In this document: in pieces, positions 36,988-46,263 of the stretch | Layout of the letters: the number at the start of each line of letters is the position of its first letter | Numbering within the stretch: the first letter of the stretch is position 1 | Origin: a virus | Taxonomy: Duplodnaviria; Caudoviricetes | IMG/VR virus record: IMGVR_UViG_2802428849_000003 | Location: 5,391 to 69,390 of that record | Reading direction: 5' to 3' (one strand) | Length of the DNA: 64,000 nt | The notes under the pieces: model-generated | The model's input: only the letters and a program-made list of their open reading frames with translations | What the model was told of the DNA's origin: nothing | Databases searched by the model: none | Program-made: the position numbers and the translations under genes

Positions 36988-37449
36988 TTATTTAGTCTTC
37001 CTGTTTTCTTTTTCAGCAATGATTTTATCTATACATTTCAGTTTAAATCTATAATAAATCAACTCCTGCTTTTGTTTATTAGCAATAATGTTATGAGAAA
37101 CAATCACAATAATCATAAAGATAATTATCACATATACAAAATCTTTAATATCAAAAGATAACCCATTTAGTAATTCTTGACTGCTTAATATAATTGCCAA
37201 TATAGCTAAAGTAACTGCATAATAGCTAAGCCTAATACTAATAAATTTTTCAAAATCTGTTATATCAATATGTTGAAGTCGAATATCTGTATCAAATCTT
37301 ATCTCATTTAATTCAGATTTATTATTTTTCTTTAAATTCCTTATCAAGATTCTTTCTAAGTTATTATATGTATAGTCTTTTATTTTTTCGTTTGGATAAT
37401 CTTTCTTAATTTTCTTTATAATAATTTCTTTAGGATTTAATATAATCAT
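36988..37449 (-). CDS. two-TM membrane protein
   Basis: YYAVTLAILAIILS and FVYVIIIFMIIVIVS helices; GGAGG RBS. Confidence 0.7.
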   Translation of the reverse strand: MIILNPKEIIIKKIKKDYPNEKIKDYTYNNLERILIRNLKKNNKSELNEIRFDTDIRLQHIDITDFEKFISIRLSYYAVTLAILAIILSSQELLNGLSFDIKDFVYVIIIFMIIVIVSHNIIANKQKQELIYYRFKLKCIDKIIAEKENRKTK

Positions 37450-37499
37450 TGTTATTACCCTCCTAAATATGACATGGTTACTAAATATTTAATAAGATT

Positions 37500-37544
37500 G
37501 TGTTACAGATAAAGTAAATAAATTCCAAACTTTATCTGTAACAC
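37500..37544. repeat. perfect 16-bp inverted repeat with 13-nt spacer
   Basis: GTGTTACAGATAAAGT / ACTTTATCTGTAACAC. Confidence 0.85.
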
Positions 37545-37678
37545 TTAAAAGTTAGCAATTTTGTCTATTCTGTTACTATTATAACGCTCTTATCTACTAT
37601 TATAAATCAATTATAACATATCTTCCCAATACCGTACTATTCAATTTTCAAAGTACAATATTTGCGTTACTATCCGTC

Positions 37679-38053
37679 TTACTTATAAAATACCTTACAT
37701 GTATATCCGTATCTCTTAGCCCACTTCTTATTGATTCTACGTTTCCTATGAATCCTATTCTGTTTTAAATGTACTCCTAAGATTTTACATTCCAATGGGA
37801 AATCTCTAAATATTTTCTCTCCTATTTCTTTTGGACTTCCTGAACAAACTAATTTCTTAGGTAATAATTTTTCTCTTAATTCTTCTGATATTTCTACATC
37901 AAATGATATCTCCCTAGGACTTATAAACGGTTCGTATTCGACTTTATCCTCTGTAGTAACAGTTATATTAGTTACACCTTTTATCTCTGTTTTTTCGCCT
38001 GTATTTGCGTCAATCATAAATATATTTTCTATATCAAGCTTATCTGTTGGCAT
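37679..38053 (-). CDS. hypothetical phage protein
   Basis: Last ORF of the leftward early operon; HRKRRINKKWAKRYG motif. Confidence 0.6.
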   Translation of the reverse strand: MPTDKLDIENIFMIDANTGEKTEIKGVTNITVTTEDKVEYEPFISPREISFDVEISEELREKLLPKKLVCSGSPKEIGEKIFRDFPLECKILGVHLKQNRIHRKRRINKKWAKRYGYTCKVFYK

Positions 38054-38207
38054 TAATCATTCCCCCTTGATTTCAAAACATTCTTCCCGATACAATACTT
38101 GACTACCTCTATCATCTTCTTTGATTAAAAGCCATCCATCTTTGTATCTGCTACCTTCATATGTTTCACCTATAGTTAAATCATAATTATTATGTGGTTT
38201 TATATAT

Positions 38208-38570
38208 TTAACCTTCATTGGGCTTCTCCTTATATGGCTCTGGAAGTGGTTGCCATGCTATAACATACTCATCATAATTTTCGCCTTCATATAACCAACC
38301 CATTTCTCCGAAATATAATAACCTTATTTGTGGTTTGTAATTTGCTATTTGAATGGTGCATAAAAATTTTCTATGATTAGGATGGGAATAATGCAGTTGA
38401 CTAATATCCTCTTCATTCGGCAATCTCTCACTTACTGGAATCCATCTATCGGTTAATTGTTCCTCTGCATATCCAATAAGAATATCCATATTAGCTATAA
38501 AAACTGGACTAAATCCATTATCTCTTGTAACGGTATTTTTTAAGAAATTCATTGCTTTTTCAATATCCAT
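38208..38570 (-). CDS. DUF551-family protein
   Basis: WIPVSERLP and V.AWQPLPEP. Confidence 0.85.
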   Translation of the reverse strand: MDIEKAMNFLKNTVTRDNGFSPVFIANMDILIGYAEEQLTDRWIPVSERLPNEEDISQLHYSHPNHRKFLCTIQIANYKPQIRLLYFGEMGWLYEGENYDEYVIAWQPLPEPYKEKPNEG

Positions 38571-38857
38571 TAATCATTCCTCCAATCTAGCAATTGACCG
38601 CAATCCTTACAACACCTTCCATCTTTCCAGTATCTATCCTCGTTACAGTTTGGACACTTAAAAGACTCTGACATATCTTTTCTTGTAATAGCCATAGCTG
38701 TCTGTTTCTCCAATGCCTTTATTCCCATACGAATAGCAAGTTCTAATTCTTTTCCATTTCTACGACCGCCTATTGTTATTTGGTTTTCATCTGGCAATAG
38801 TTGTTTTAGTTTATCTATAGCTTTTTGGGGTGTAAATAAATATTTCTGGTTATCCAT
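38570..38857 (-). CDS. hypothetical zinc-ribbon protein
   Basis: ALEKQ, CPNC, CKDCGQ.LDW. Confidence 0.6.
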   Translation of the reverse strand: MDNQKYLFTPQKAIDKLKQLLPDENQITIGGRRNGKELELAIRMGIKALEKQTAMAITRKDMSESFKCPNCNEDRYWKDGRCCKDCGQLLDWRND

Positions 38858-39567
38858 TAATTTACCTCCCTTATTTTTTCCGCTATTCTTGATAAGTTTC
38901 TTATGCTACTTTTCAGTCTCCATATATCACTTTCCGATAACCCTTCTATCTGCTCACTTGCTGGGTTTCGAAGTTCAAATATCTGTTTTTTATAGGATTC
39001 GTTTTTTTCTCTAAGTATTTCTAACCGCTTTTTAGAATACTTTAATTCAAACTCTAAATTACTAATCTTATAAGCAATTTCTTTTCCTATGCTTTTCAAT
39101 TCTTTCCTAGCCTTATAGTCATCTAGTATCTCTGTTCTTGTTCTATATCCAAAATATCTGTCCATTTTCCAAAACATTATATGGAGAAGTACATCTGAAC
39201 TGATTGGTTCATTCCTATATGGAGCTTTCTTAACTGTTCTTAATTTATTGGTATCAGGGTTATAAATCATATGTCCTGCTCCTACTGGCAACTCCCCTTC
39301 ATGTATAATATCCTTAGGAGTTACAAAATAAAATATATTGCAATTATCCATATAGACTGGATGTTTCTGGTCACTTAAAAAATCTTGCCTTGATACCTTT
39401 ATCTCATATCCTATAACTGTTCTAGGACTCCATGTCTTTTTAATAGCAACTGCATCCATTATTTTACTTCCTGCAGGTCCAATTTTTACTTGTGCTGCAA
39501 ATATATCTTCTGCTCTTTCGTGCTTTTCTTTTAATGCATTGGAAATATCAATCTCTCTTACTTTCAT
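38857..39567 (-). CDS. MmcB-like PD-(D/E)XK nuclease-fold protein
   Basis: MDAVA...GYEIKVSRQDFLSD. Confidence 0.75.
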   Translation of the reverse strand: MKVREIDISNALKEKHERAEDIFAAQVKIGPAGSKIMDAVAIKKTWSPRTVIGYEIKVSRQDFLSDQKHPVYMDNCNIFYFVTPKDIIHEGELPVGAGHMIYNPDTNKLRTVKKAPYRNEPISSDVLLHIMFWKMDRYFGYRTRTEILDDYKARKELKSIGKEIAYKISNLEFELKYSKKRLEILREKNESYKKQIFELRNPASEQIEGLSESDIWRLKSSIRNLSRIAEKIREVN

Positions 39568-39584
39568 ATAATCCCCCTTCTCAT

Positions 39585-39788
39585 CTATCTAGTGAATACT
39601 CTCAAGTATGATAATGATATAATTAACACAACTACTCCTAATATTGTATTATGCTTAAAGCTTATAAGGGTTAAGAGTCCCATTGTGGCAATTGCAAGCA
39701 AAGTAAGTGTAATGTCAAAGATAAAACCCACTACTATATCCAGTAAAATTGATAATCCTTCTAAGATGTTAAATATCTTATTTTTCAT
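39585..39788 (-). CDS. small membrane protein
   Basis: Mostly hydrophobic 67 aa. Confidence 0.5.
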   Translation of the reverse strand: MKNKIFNILEGLSILLDIVVGFIFDITLTLLAIATMGLLTLISFKHNTILGVVVLIISLSYLRVFTR

Positions 39789-39956
39789 CTACAATCGCCA
39801 CTTTATCACTTTTTCAATCTGCTTTCTAGTAAGTCCTTGCTCCTCCAAATATTTAGCTTTCTTCTCACAATCTCTACATCCGTACACTTCCATTGGACTT
39901 GTTCTCTTTAAATATAAGTTTTTACCTTTGCAATATGGACATTTTCTCCAAAACAT

Positions 39957-40547
39957 TTATTCATCACCTAACCATTCCTTTACTTTTTCTATTTCCTTGT
40001 CCAATTCTTCATCTGTCAATTTCTCAACTCTTTCCCATTCGCTATCCATTTCATAAACTGTTGAATGCTTTTTACTCATCACTATATAGGACACTTTCTC
40101 TTCCCTTGATTTTTCCTTTTTATAATTACAATAATTTTTATTTGTGTAGTGATTTATTTCCGTTGGGTCAAAAGGTTTTTCACAATGTGGACAGTATGGA
40201 ACTAATCCCTTAATATAGCTATCTTGTAAATTTCTAAATACATTCATCCTGAATCTTTTAGTGTGTAGTGCATTTATCTCCTTTATATATTCATTCTTTT
40301 TCTCTATTAATTCATTTCGCTCTTTATTAAGACGTTCTTTTTCCTCGTTATACCATTCTATATTTTCAGATAGCCCTACTAAGACATCGAATGGATGAAT
40401 ATAAGCATTACACTTAGTACATTGAACCAATTTATTTGTTGTATCTATTACATATGCTGGTGGATTACATTTGCATATTTTCTGTGCATTTTTATTAATT
40501 CTCATTATGCTAAAATCTATTATTTTATTATCTGGCAATTTATCCAT
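39957..40547 (-). CDS. hypothetical phage protein (CxxC motifs, coiled coil)
   Basis: GGAGG RBS; CTKC and CPHC. Confidence 0.6.
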   Translation of the reverse strand: MDKLPDNKIIDFSIMRINKNAQKICKCNPPAYVIDTTNKLVQCTKCNAYIHPFDVLVGLSENIEWYNEEKERLNKERNELIEKKNEYIKEINALHTKRFRMNVFRNLQDSYIKGLVPYCPHCEKPFDPTEINHYTNKNYCNYKKEKSREEKVSYIVMSKKHSTVYEMDSEWERVEKLTDEELDKEIEKVKEWLGDE

Positions 40548-40760
40548 TGAATTATTCCTCCTAATGTTTTATACTTTCCTTATAATGCCTTGAAGAGGGG
40601 CAACCCTATGGGGAACCAACAACCTTTGAACAAATTTCAGGAGGTGGTGCGTATGCCTATAAACGCTTTGAAATCTCGCTATGACGGATTTACCATCAAT
40701 ATCGGTTTCGTTGGTTTTAATTTTAAAGGCGGTTCCCCCTCTTGAGGGCATTATATTTTA
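40547..40760 (+). ncRNA. self-contained antisense transcription unit with paired 5' and 3' ends
   Basis: TTGAAT-17-TATACT promoter (40547-40575); 20-bp terminal inverted repeats 40581-40600 and 40736-40755. Confidence 0.55.
40653..40745 (+). CDS. 30-aa peptide MPINALKSRYDGFTINIGFVGFNFKGGSPS
   Basis: Strong AGGAGGTGG RBS; lies inside the paired-end RNA. Confidence 0.5.
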   Translation: MPINALKSRYDGFTINIGFVGFNFKGGSPS

Positions 40761-42308
40761 TTAAATTACTTCTTCTAAATCCTTCTTACATAAATCTGGT
40801 AAATTTGCTCTTACCAAATGCTCTGCAAATGGTGGAGGTACTGAATTACCGCATCTAGCAACTTGTTGAGTTTTAGGATAACTTTTACCAGTGTAATCAT
40901 GGTCTATAATATAATCTTCTGGAAATCCTTGAGCCTTGAATAGTTCATGAGGCTGCAACATTCTCATTCCTATATCAATAATTCTGTAATCTTCTCCCTT
41001 GATAGTTACTAAGCCAAATCTATCTTTAGTTGTAATAGTATGAAGTGGTTCGTCTAATTTTTGTCCTATATCAGTACCATAGTATTTTGTTAAGAAAGCC
41101 ATAACTAAATTTGATTTATCAACTGTGGTAATTGTTCCTAATGGCTCATCTATTTTATGTCCAGTGGAACTCTTGAACTGCCTTGCAATAAAAGCGGTTA
41201 CTAATGCATTGTGGTCCACTGTTGTTATTGTATCTAATGGTTTTTCTATATCGCTCCCTGCTCCTTGATAATTCCCCCCATAGTGTTTAGCAATGAATGC
41301 TGTAACAAGTCCAAATCTATTAGCTGTAGGTATAGTAGCTATAGGTTCATCTAAAGTCTGCCCTCTCACTTCATTATCTGTAGTTTCTGTATAATAAGTT
41401 GATAAATATGGAGTAACTAGGCAATGTTCTGCTTTAGTTGTAATAGTTGTTAACGGTCCATCTATTTCATACTGAAGACCATCTCCTGCAAATCCAGTTT
41501 GTCCAATTCTGACGATAAAAGGACTAGGATTATCAATTACAAATTTCTGAAATCCTCTTGCTATTCTTTTTAAAGTATTCTCAGCTAAAGGCTTCTTTCT
41601 AGTGAATATACTAGGGCAAGGAATACTCCAATCAATACATTCTGCTGCTGTTCTCCAAGGTTTTAACATTCCCATTCTTGCTTCAATCTGCTCTGAGTCG
41701 CCATGAGTTGGCTCTGGCCATACTATCGGTTTTCCATCACATCTAGCAATCATAAAGAATCTTTTTCTAGTTGTGGGTGCTCCATAATCACATGCCCTCA
41801 ATTCTCTAAAGTCTACTTTATAGCCTTGTTTCTCTAATGCCTTTATAAACAAATGAAATGTTTGACCTTTCTTCTTGGGGTCTGGATATAAATTCCCTTT
41901 CTTATCCTCTATTAATGGACCCCAAGTTTTGAATTCCTCAACATTCTCAAGCATTATTACTCTTGGCTTAACTAACTTTGCCCATTTAACGGCTACCCAT
42001 GCTAACCCTCTTATGTTCTTATCAACTGGCTTTCCGCCCTTGGCCTTACTAAAATGTTTACAGTCAGGACTAAACCATGCCAAAGCTACTGGTTGTCCTT
42101 GAGTAACTTCTAGGGGATCTACTTCCCATACATCTTCTATATAATGTTTTGTAGTCGGATGGTTAGTTTTGTGCATTTTTATAGCTACCTCATCATGGTT
42201 AATAGCTATATCTACGCTTCTACCTGTAGCTAATTCCATTCCTGTACTAGCTCCTCCTCCACCTGCGAAATTATCTATAATTAATTCTCTCAAATTAATC
42301 AACTCCAT
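40761..42308 (-). CDS. DNA (cytosine-5) methyltransferase with repeated variable-region units
   Basis: FAGGGG motif I, SPDC motif IV variant, ENV motif VI, GNSV motif X; five PL.TITT-like repeats. Confidence 0.9.
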   Translation of the reverse strand: MELINLRELIIDNFAGGGGASTGMELATGRSVDIAINHDEVAIKMHKTNHPTTKHYIEDVWEVDPLEVTQGQPVALAWFSPDCKHFSKAKGGKPVDKNIRGLAWVAVKWAKLVKPRVIMLENVEEFKTWGPLIEDKKGNLYPDPKKKGQTFHLFIKALEKQGYKVDFRELRACDYGAPTTRKRFFMIARCDGKPIVWPEPTHGDSEQIEARMGMLKPWRTAAECIDWSIPCPSIFTRKKPLAENTLKRIARGFQKFVIDNPSPFIVRIGQTGFAGDGLQYEIDGPLTTITTKAEHCLVTPYLSTYYTETTDNEVRGQTLDEPIATIPTANRFGLVTAFIAKHYGGNYQGAGSDIEKPLDTITTVDHNALVTAFIARQFKSSTGHKIDEPLGTITTVDKSNLVMAFLTKYYGTDIGQKLDEPLHTITTKDRFGLVTIKGEDYRIIDIGMRMLQPHELFKAQGFPEDYIIDHDYTGKSYPKTQQVARCGNSVPPPFAEHLVRANLPDLCKKDLEEVI

Positions 42309-42408
42309 ATCTTTTTGTAATCTTTAGTGTTACAATAAAATTGTGTGTGCTTGTGGAGAAACCTTCTCGGTCGCCAAACTTTGTCGGTTTCCCCTTGCAC
42401 ATGCCCCA

Positions 42409-44283
42409 TTACTTTAAATCAAATATTGATACTTGATTGCTTTCTTGAACTGCCATCATGATATTTTTATATGAGTTTTCAAAATAACTTTCCTTAAGTT
42501 CAATTCCTATCCCTTTTCTTCCCATCTTGACGGCTGTGTATATTTCACTACCTATTCCCATAAATGGACTGAATACTATATCACCTTTGTTAGTCCATAA
42601 GTCTATGGCTCTCTCTATAACATCTAATTGAAGTGGGCAATTTTTAACTATACATCCTTCAGCTGTAAAAGACTCATCATCTGCTACTCTTATACTCCAT
42701 ACATCTGCATTTCCTTCTGACTCTACTTTTCTAACCTTCTTCCATGCTCCATCTTCAAGTATTTCAGAAAAATTATGTCTAGTGTTTTCTCTCCAAGCCA
42801 TTACCCATAATTGTTTTTGATTTACTTTTCTTCCTTCAATCTCATATTCTCCTGCTTTCTTACCTGCGAATATAGAAGGTATAAACTCTCTGGCTCTTTG
42901 TACTACCATTGCCATTCCTAATAAAAGTGGCCTTGATACTGAACTGGCTGAATGTTGATTTCCTGTTTTATTCCCATCTCCTGATAGATAACCTTGTAAT
43001 AATGCTTCTGATAATTCTTTATTTAAGCTCATTGCTTCCAATGATAGTTGCTTGTTTTCTGCACCTCTTCCACTTTGTGCTAATATATCTCTAACATCTT
43101 TTGGTAGATTGATTAGTCCTACTTGAATCGAAGAACCTTTGTCATTTTGAGCACCTATATATCCTTTGGCCATACTTTCAAACTCTTCCCATTTATCCTT
43201 GCCTACACTAATAAAATATTGATGTCCTCTTGCATCTAAGTGTCCATCTGCTAACCATCTTCCTATTATCCACCACTCTTTTTCTGATATTTGAGATTCC
43301 ATGATTGGTGGCAATTTCTGATTTACATAGTGTATGTCCAAATTTTGTGATTCTACCCAATTTGGTTCTGCCTTTCGCATTGTTTCTTTGGGCTTGTATT
43401 CCTTGCCTTCCCTAGCCCAAATTCTGTGGTCTGGTGTGGTTATGAGATGTGGCACCCCTTGAGCATGTGTCTGTACTACTGGTGTATTTTCTCTCGTAAG
43501 TTTCTTTGCTAATATAGGTTTCCAATTTCCTTTATGTGTTAGTGTTAAATCGCCTATTTCTACATCTTCTATTGGTATATATCCTCTTTGGGTTAATACA
43601 AGAGTACCTTCGGCCAAACAAATATGTTTTTCATCTTTATCTTCTCTAGCCTGCTGTACATTTAATACATCTGTCCTTTGAATATCCATCCATACAGGAC
43701 TTGCATAGTTCTGCCATATTGGTAATGGAAAATCTTCTTTCGTATGCTCTACTGGTTCAATTAAATCTTCTTCATCTTCCTCTGCCCATTTTCTGAATAT
43801 CACTAGGTAGTCAGGAAGTCCTTGTCGGCTAAAACTTGCATCTTTTCTTACTTGCTTATAAAGTAGGCCATGAGCTTTAGTCTTTTGCATTTCAAGTACT
43901 GGATCTGTCCATATAGTTACTTCACTATGATATTGCCAATTAAATTTCTCAAAGTGTTCTATGATTTTTCCTCTGAAATCAGTTAATCCTGCTCGGCCAT
44001 CTCTACCTTTATACTTCACTAGCTGCTTACAATGTACTGCACATAATCTGCCTGGTTTTGTTATTCTATAGAGCTCAGGAATCAGATAATCAAATTGTTC
44101 AAAGAATTCATCTATATCTTTGCAATTTCCCATGTCGGCCAAGTCGTTTGAGTAAATATATAAATTAGCAAATGGTGGACTGAATATATTAAAATGCACT
44201 GTATTATCTGGAATTTCCCTTATAATCCTTACACAATCTCCGTTGTAAATACTGAAATCTTTTTCATGGTATTGTTTTGTCAT
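42409..44283 (-). CDS. beta-class amino (N6A/N4C) DNA methyltransferase containing an intein
   Basis: FSPPF motif IV N-terminal, SPFMGIGS motif I C-terminal; 297 aa after predicted splicing. Confidence 0.9.
   Translation of the reverse strand: MTKQYHEKDFSIYNGDCVRIIREIPDNTVHFNIFSPPFANLYIYSNDLADMGNCKDIDEFFEQFDYLIPELYRITKPGRLCAVHCKQLVKYKGRDGRAGLTDFRGKIIEHFEKFNWQYHSEVTIWTDPVLEMQKTKAHGLLYKQVRKDASFSRQGLPDYLVIFRKWAEEDEEDLIEPVEHTKEDFPLPIWQNYASPVWMDIQRTDVLNVQQAREDKDEKHICLAEGTLVLTQRGYIPIEDVEIGDLTLTHKGNWKPILAKKLTRENTPVVQTHAQGVPHLITTPDHRIWAREGKEYKPKETMRKAEPNWVESQNLDIHYVNQKLPPIMESQISEKEWWIIGRWLADGHLDARGHQYFISVGKDKWEEFESMAKGYIGAQNDKGSSIQVGLINLPKDVRDILAQSGRGAENKQLSLEAMSLNKELSEALLQGYLSGDGNKTGNQHSASSVSRPLLLGMAMVVQRAREFIPSIFAGKKAGEYEIEGRKVNQKQLWVMAWRENTRHNFSEILEDGAWKKVRKVESEGNADVWSIRVADDESFTAEGCIVKNCPLQLDVIERAIDLWTNKGDIVFSPFMGIGSEIYTAVKMGRKGIGIELKESYFENSYKNIMMAVQESNQVSIFDLK
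42640..43620 (-). mobile_element. intein (327 aa) with LAGLIDADG homing endonuclease
   Basis: Starts CLAEGTLV, block B TPDH, WIIGRWLADG and LLQGYLSGDG, ends IVKN followed by Cys+1. Confidence 0.92.
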
Positions 44284-44287
44284 TTTA

Positions 44288-44569
44288 TCACTCTCCTATA
44301 TTAATTTTTTGACCACAGGTTCCACAATAACTATCTATATAATCCCAATATAATCTTCCGCAACAAGGACATGTGTGAGAAGTAAAATTTCCTCTGTTTG
44401 TAGATATAACATTCTTTTCAACCTGCTTTTCTAGTGCTGCTATAACTGTATAATCAAGGATATTGACATCTTTAGGTTTGTTTGCTTTTCTGTATTCTAA
44501 TTTCATTTTCTCTGACCTTAAAGCTGATTCGACCTTTATATCCTCAAGTGGATTATTTATATCTCCCAT
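44288..44569 (-). CDS. hypothetical zinc-ribbon protein
   Basis: ALEKQ, CPCCG, CGTCGQKI; similar to 38570-38857. Confidence 0.6.
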   Translation of the reverse strand: MGDINNPLEDIKVESALRSEKMKLEYRKANKPKDVNILDYTVIAALEKQVEKNVISTNRGNFTSHTCPCCGRLYWDYIDSYCGTCGQKINIGE

Positions 44570-44573
44570 CTAA

Positions 44574-45995
44574 TCACTCTCCTACTGCCCATTTAGGCAA
44601 TTCTATATTTACTTCATCTAGGTTTAATTTGAATTTTGTCCCCTTAATACTATGGCCTTGGATTTCCTTAATGCTATTAAACATATTTTGGTTCATTTCA
44701 TCATGTAATTCTTTTTTCCTATTGATAACATTTAAGATATTCATTTCAGTACTGCCAATTACTATATTGCTATATACTTCTTCCTTCTGGCCGAATCTAT
44801 GAAATCTCTTTAATGCTTGATAATAATCTTCGTAGCTATAGCTAAGTCCACAGAATGTTGTATTAGAGCAATTTTGAAGATTTAGGCCATAACCAAATAT
44901 CTTAGGCTTACTTATTAAAATCGGTATTTCTCCATCTATGAATCCTATTATGGATTCTTCTTTTTTCTCTACTCTGTCACTTCCTCTTACTTCTACGGCC
45001 TGAGGAATATATTTCTTTAATAGATCTGCTTCATAATTCGTATCACACCAAACTACATGTTGTTTATCTGGTTTCATTGCTAATATTTCTGCCGTTCTTA
45101 TTGCTCGTTTTTCAGCTGTAAATCTTTTCTCTTTATGGTAGGCTGTTGCATTAGTTTTTACTTCTCTTATAAATCCATCTTCTAAGGTTTTATCTAATAA
45201 ACTTATATCAACTATCTCTGTATGTTCATGAAGTTTTGGAAGTATATAACCTTCATCTGAATAATCTCCTATATCTGATGGCTTACTAATACTTACTGCC
45301 CACGTACTAACCCATTCCCAAAATGGCTTTATTGCATGTTTTTTCAATCTGTAAGTTCCCATATTTTGAGTATCATTGATGAACCACATTGCTAGAGCTT
45401 CACTACTGCTCATTATTCCTAGAAATTCAGCTTGATTAAGAATTTCCATATGGTCATTAGGAGCAGGAGTTGCTGTACAACTCAATCTATATGGAGTTTT
45501 TTCAAAGGCTTCTACTAACGTTCTTTTTGTCTTTCCCATGAAGGATTTCAAAATTGAGGATTCATCTAAAACTACTCCTATAAATTCATCTGGGTCAAAG
45601 TGGTCTAGCATCTCATAGTTAGTAATGTTAATTCCTTTTTTAACATCTTTTTGCTTTCTTGCTATATGAGTTTCTATTCCGAACTTTTCACCCTCTCTTT
45701 GAGTCTGTCTACTTACGGCCAATGGAGCTACAATGAGTACATTTTTATTAGTTTTCTTTACTACTTGATTTGCCCATTCTAGCTGTTGTACCGTTTTCCC
45801 TAGCCCACATTCCTCAAATAATGCACTTCTACCTTTCCTCAAGCTCCAACTTACTACCTCGGACTGCCAATCAAATAAGTTTTTATTTAAATCTTCTGGA
45901 CTAACTTTTATTCCTGTAGGTCCTTCTATCTTTTTCTTTTTCATTAAAAAATCTATATAATCCATGTCCCCCTCCTCGGTGAAAATTTTACTCAT
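44574..45995 (-). CDS. SNF2-like/DEAD-box helicase
   Basis: ECGLGKT, LDESS, TATP, QA..R.HRFGQ motifs. Confidence 0.88.
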   Translation of the reverse strand: MSKIFTEEGDMDYIDFLMKKKKIEGPTGIKVSPEDLNKNLFDWQSEVVSWSLRKGRSALFEECGLGKTVQQLEWANQVVKKTNKNVLIVAPLAVSRQTQREGEKFGIETHIARKQKDVKKGINITNYEMLDHFDPDEFIGVVLDESSILKSFMGKTKRTLVEAFEKTPYRLSCTATPAPNDHMEILNQAEFLGIMSSSEALAMWFINDTQNMGTYRLKKHAIKPFWEWVSTWAVSISKPSDIGDYSDEGYILPKLHEHTEIVDISLLDKTLEDGFIREVKTNATAYHKEKRFTAEKRAIRTAEILAMKPDKQHVVWCDTNYEADLLKKYIPQAVEVRGSDRVEKKEESIIGFIDGEIPILISKPKIFGYGLNLQNCSNTTFCGLSYSYEDYYQALKRFHRFGQKEEVYSNIVIGSTEMNILNVINRKKELHDEMNQNMFNSIKEIQGHSIKGTKFKLNLDEVNIELPKWAVGE

Positions 45996-46263
45996 AATAT
46001 AAAACTTTTTTTATCCCTAATTTATCCATCCATTGGTACAATTGTTGTTTGTGTATACCTAACAGTTCAGATGTAACTGGTACACTGTGGTTTCTATTAA
46101 GTGTTTCTACTATGACCTCTCTAATTGGTTGTCCTAATTCTTCTTGAATTTCTATCATTCTAGGAGTCATAGATTGGTAACATCTATAGCTACAGTACTG
46201 TTGGTTTTTCTTATATCCATGACCTCTAGGAACTACTTTTCCACATGTCGGACAATATTTCAT
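45988..46263 (-). CDS. zinc finger plus HTH protein
   Basis: CPTCG..YCSYRC and SELLGIHKQQLYQWM. Confidence 0.6.
   Translation of the reverse strand: MKYCPTCGKVVPRGHGYKKNQQYCSYRCYQSMTPRMIEIQEELGQPIREVIVETLNRNHSVPVTSELLGIHKQQLYQWMDKLGIKKVLYYE

Noticed and set aside
36860-36990. Integron attC-like site after the 2-TM gene (GCAGCTTATAAT...GTACCTT/AAGGTAC)
   Set aside because: R boxes are degenerate, pairing is short, no similar sites follow the other island genes, and no integron integrase is present.
40569-40751. 60-aa minus-strand ORF from the ORF track
   Set aside because: No RBS; the region is better explained by the + strand promoter, RBS, 30-aa ORF and inverted repeats.
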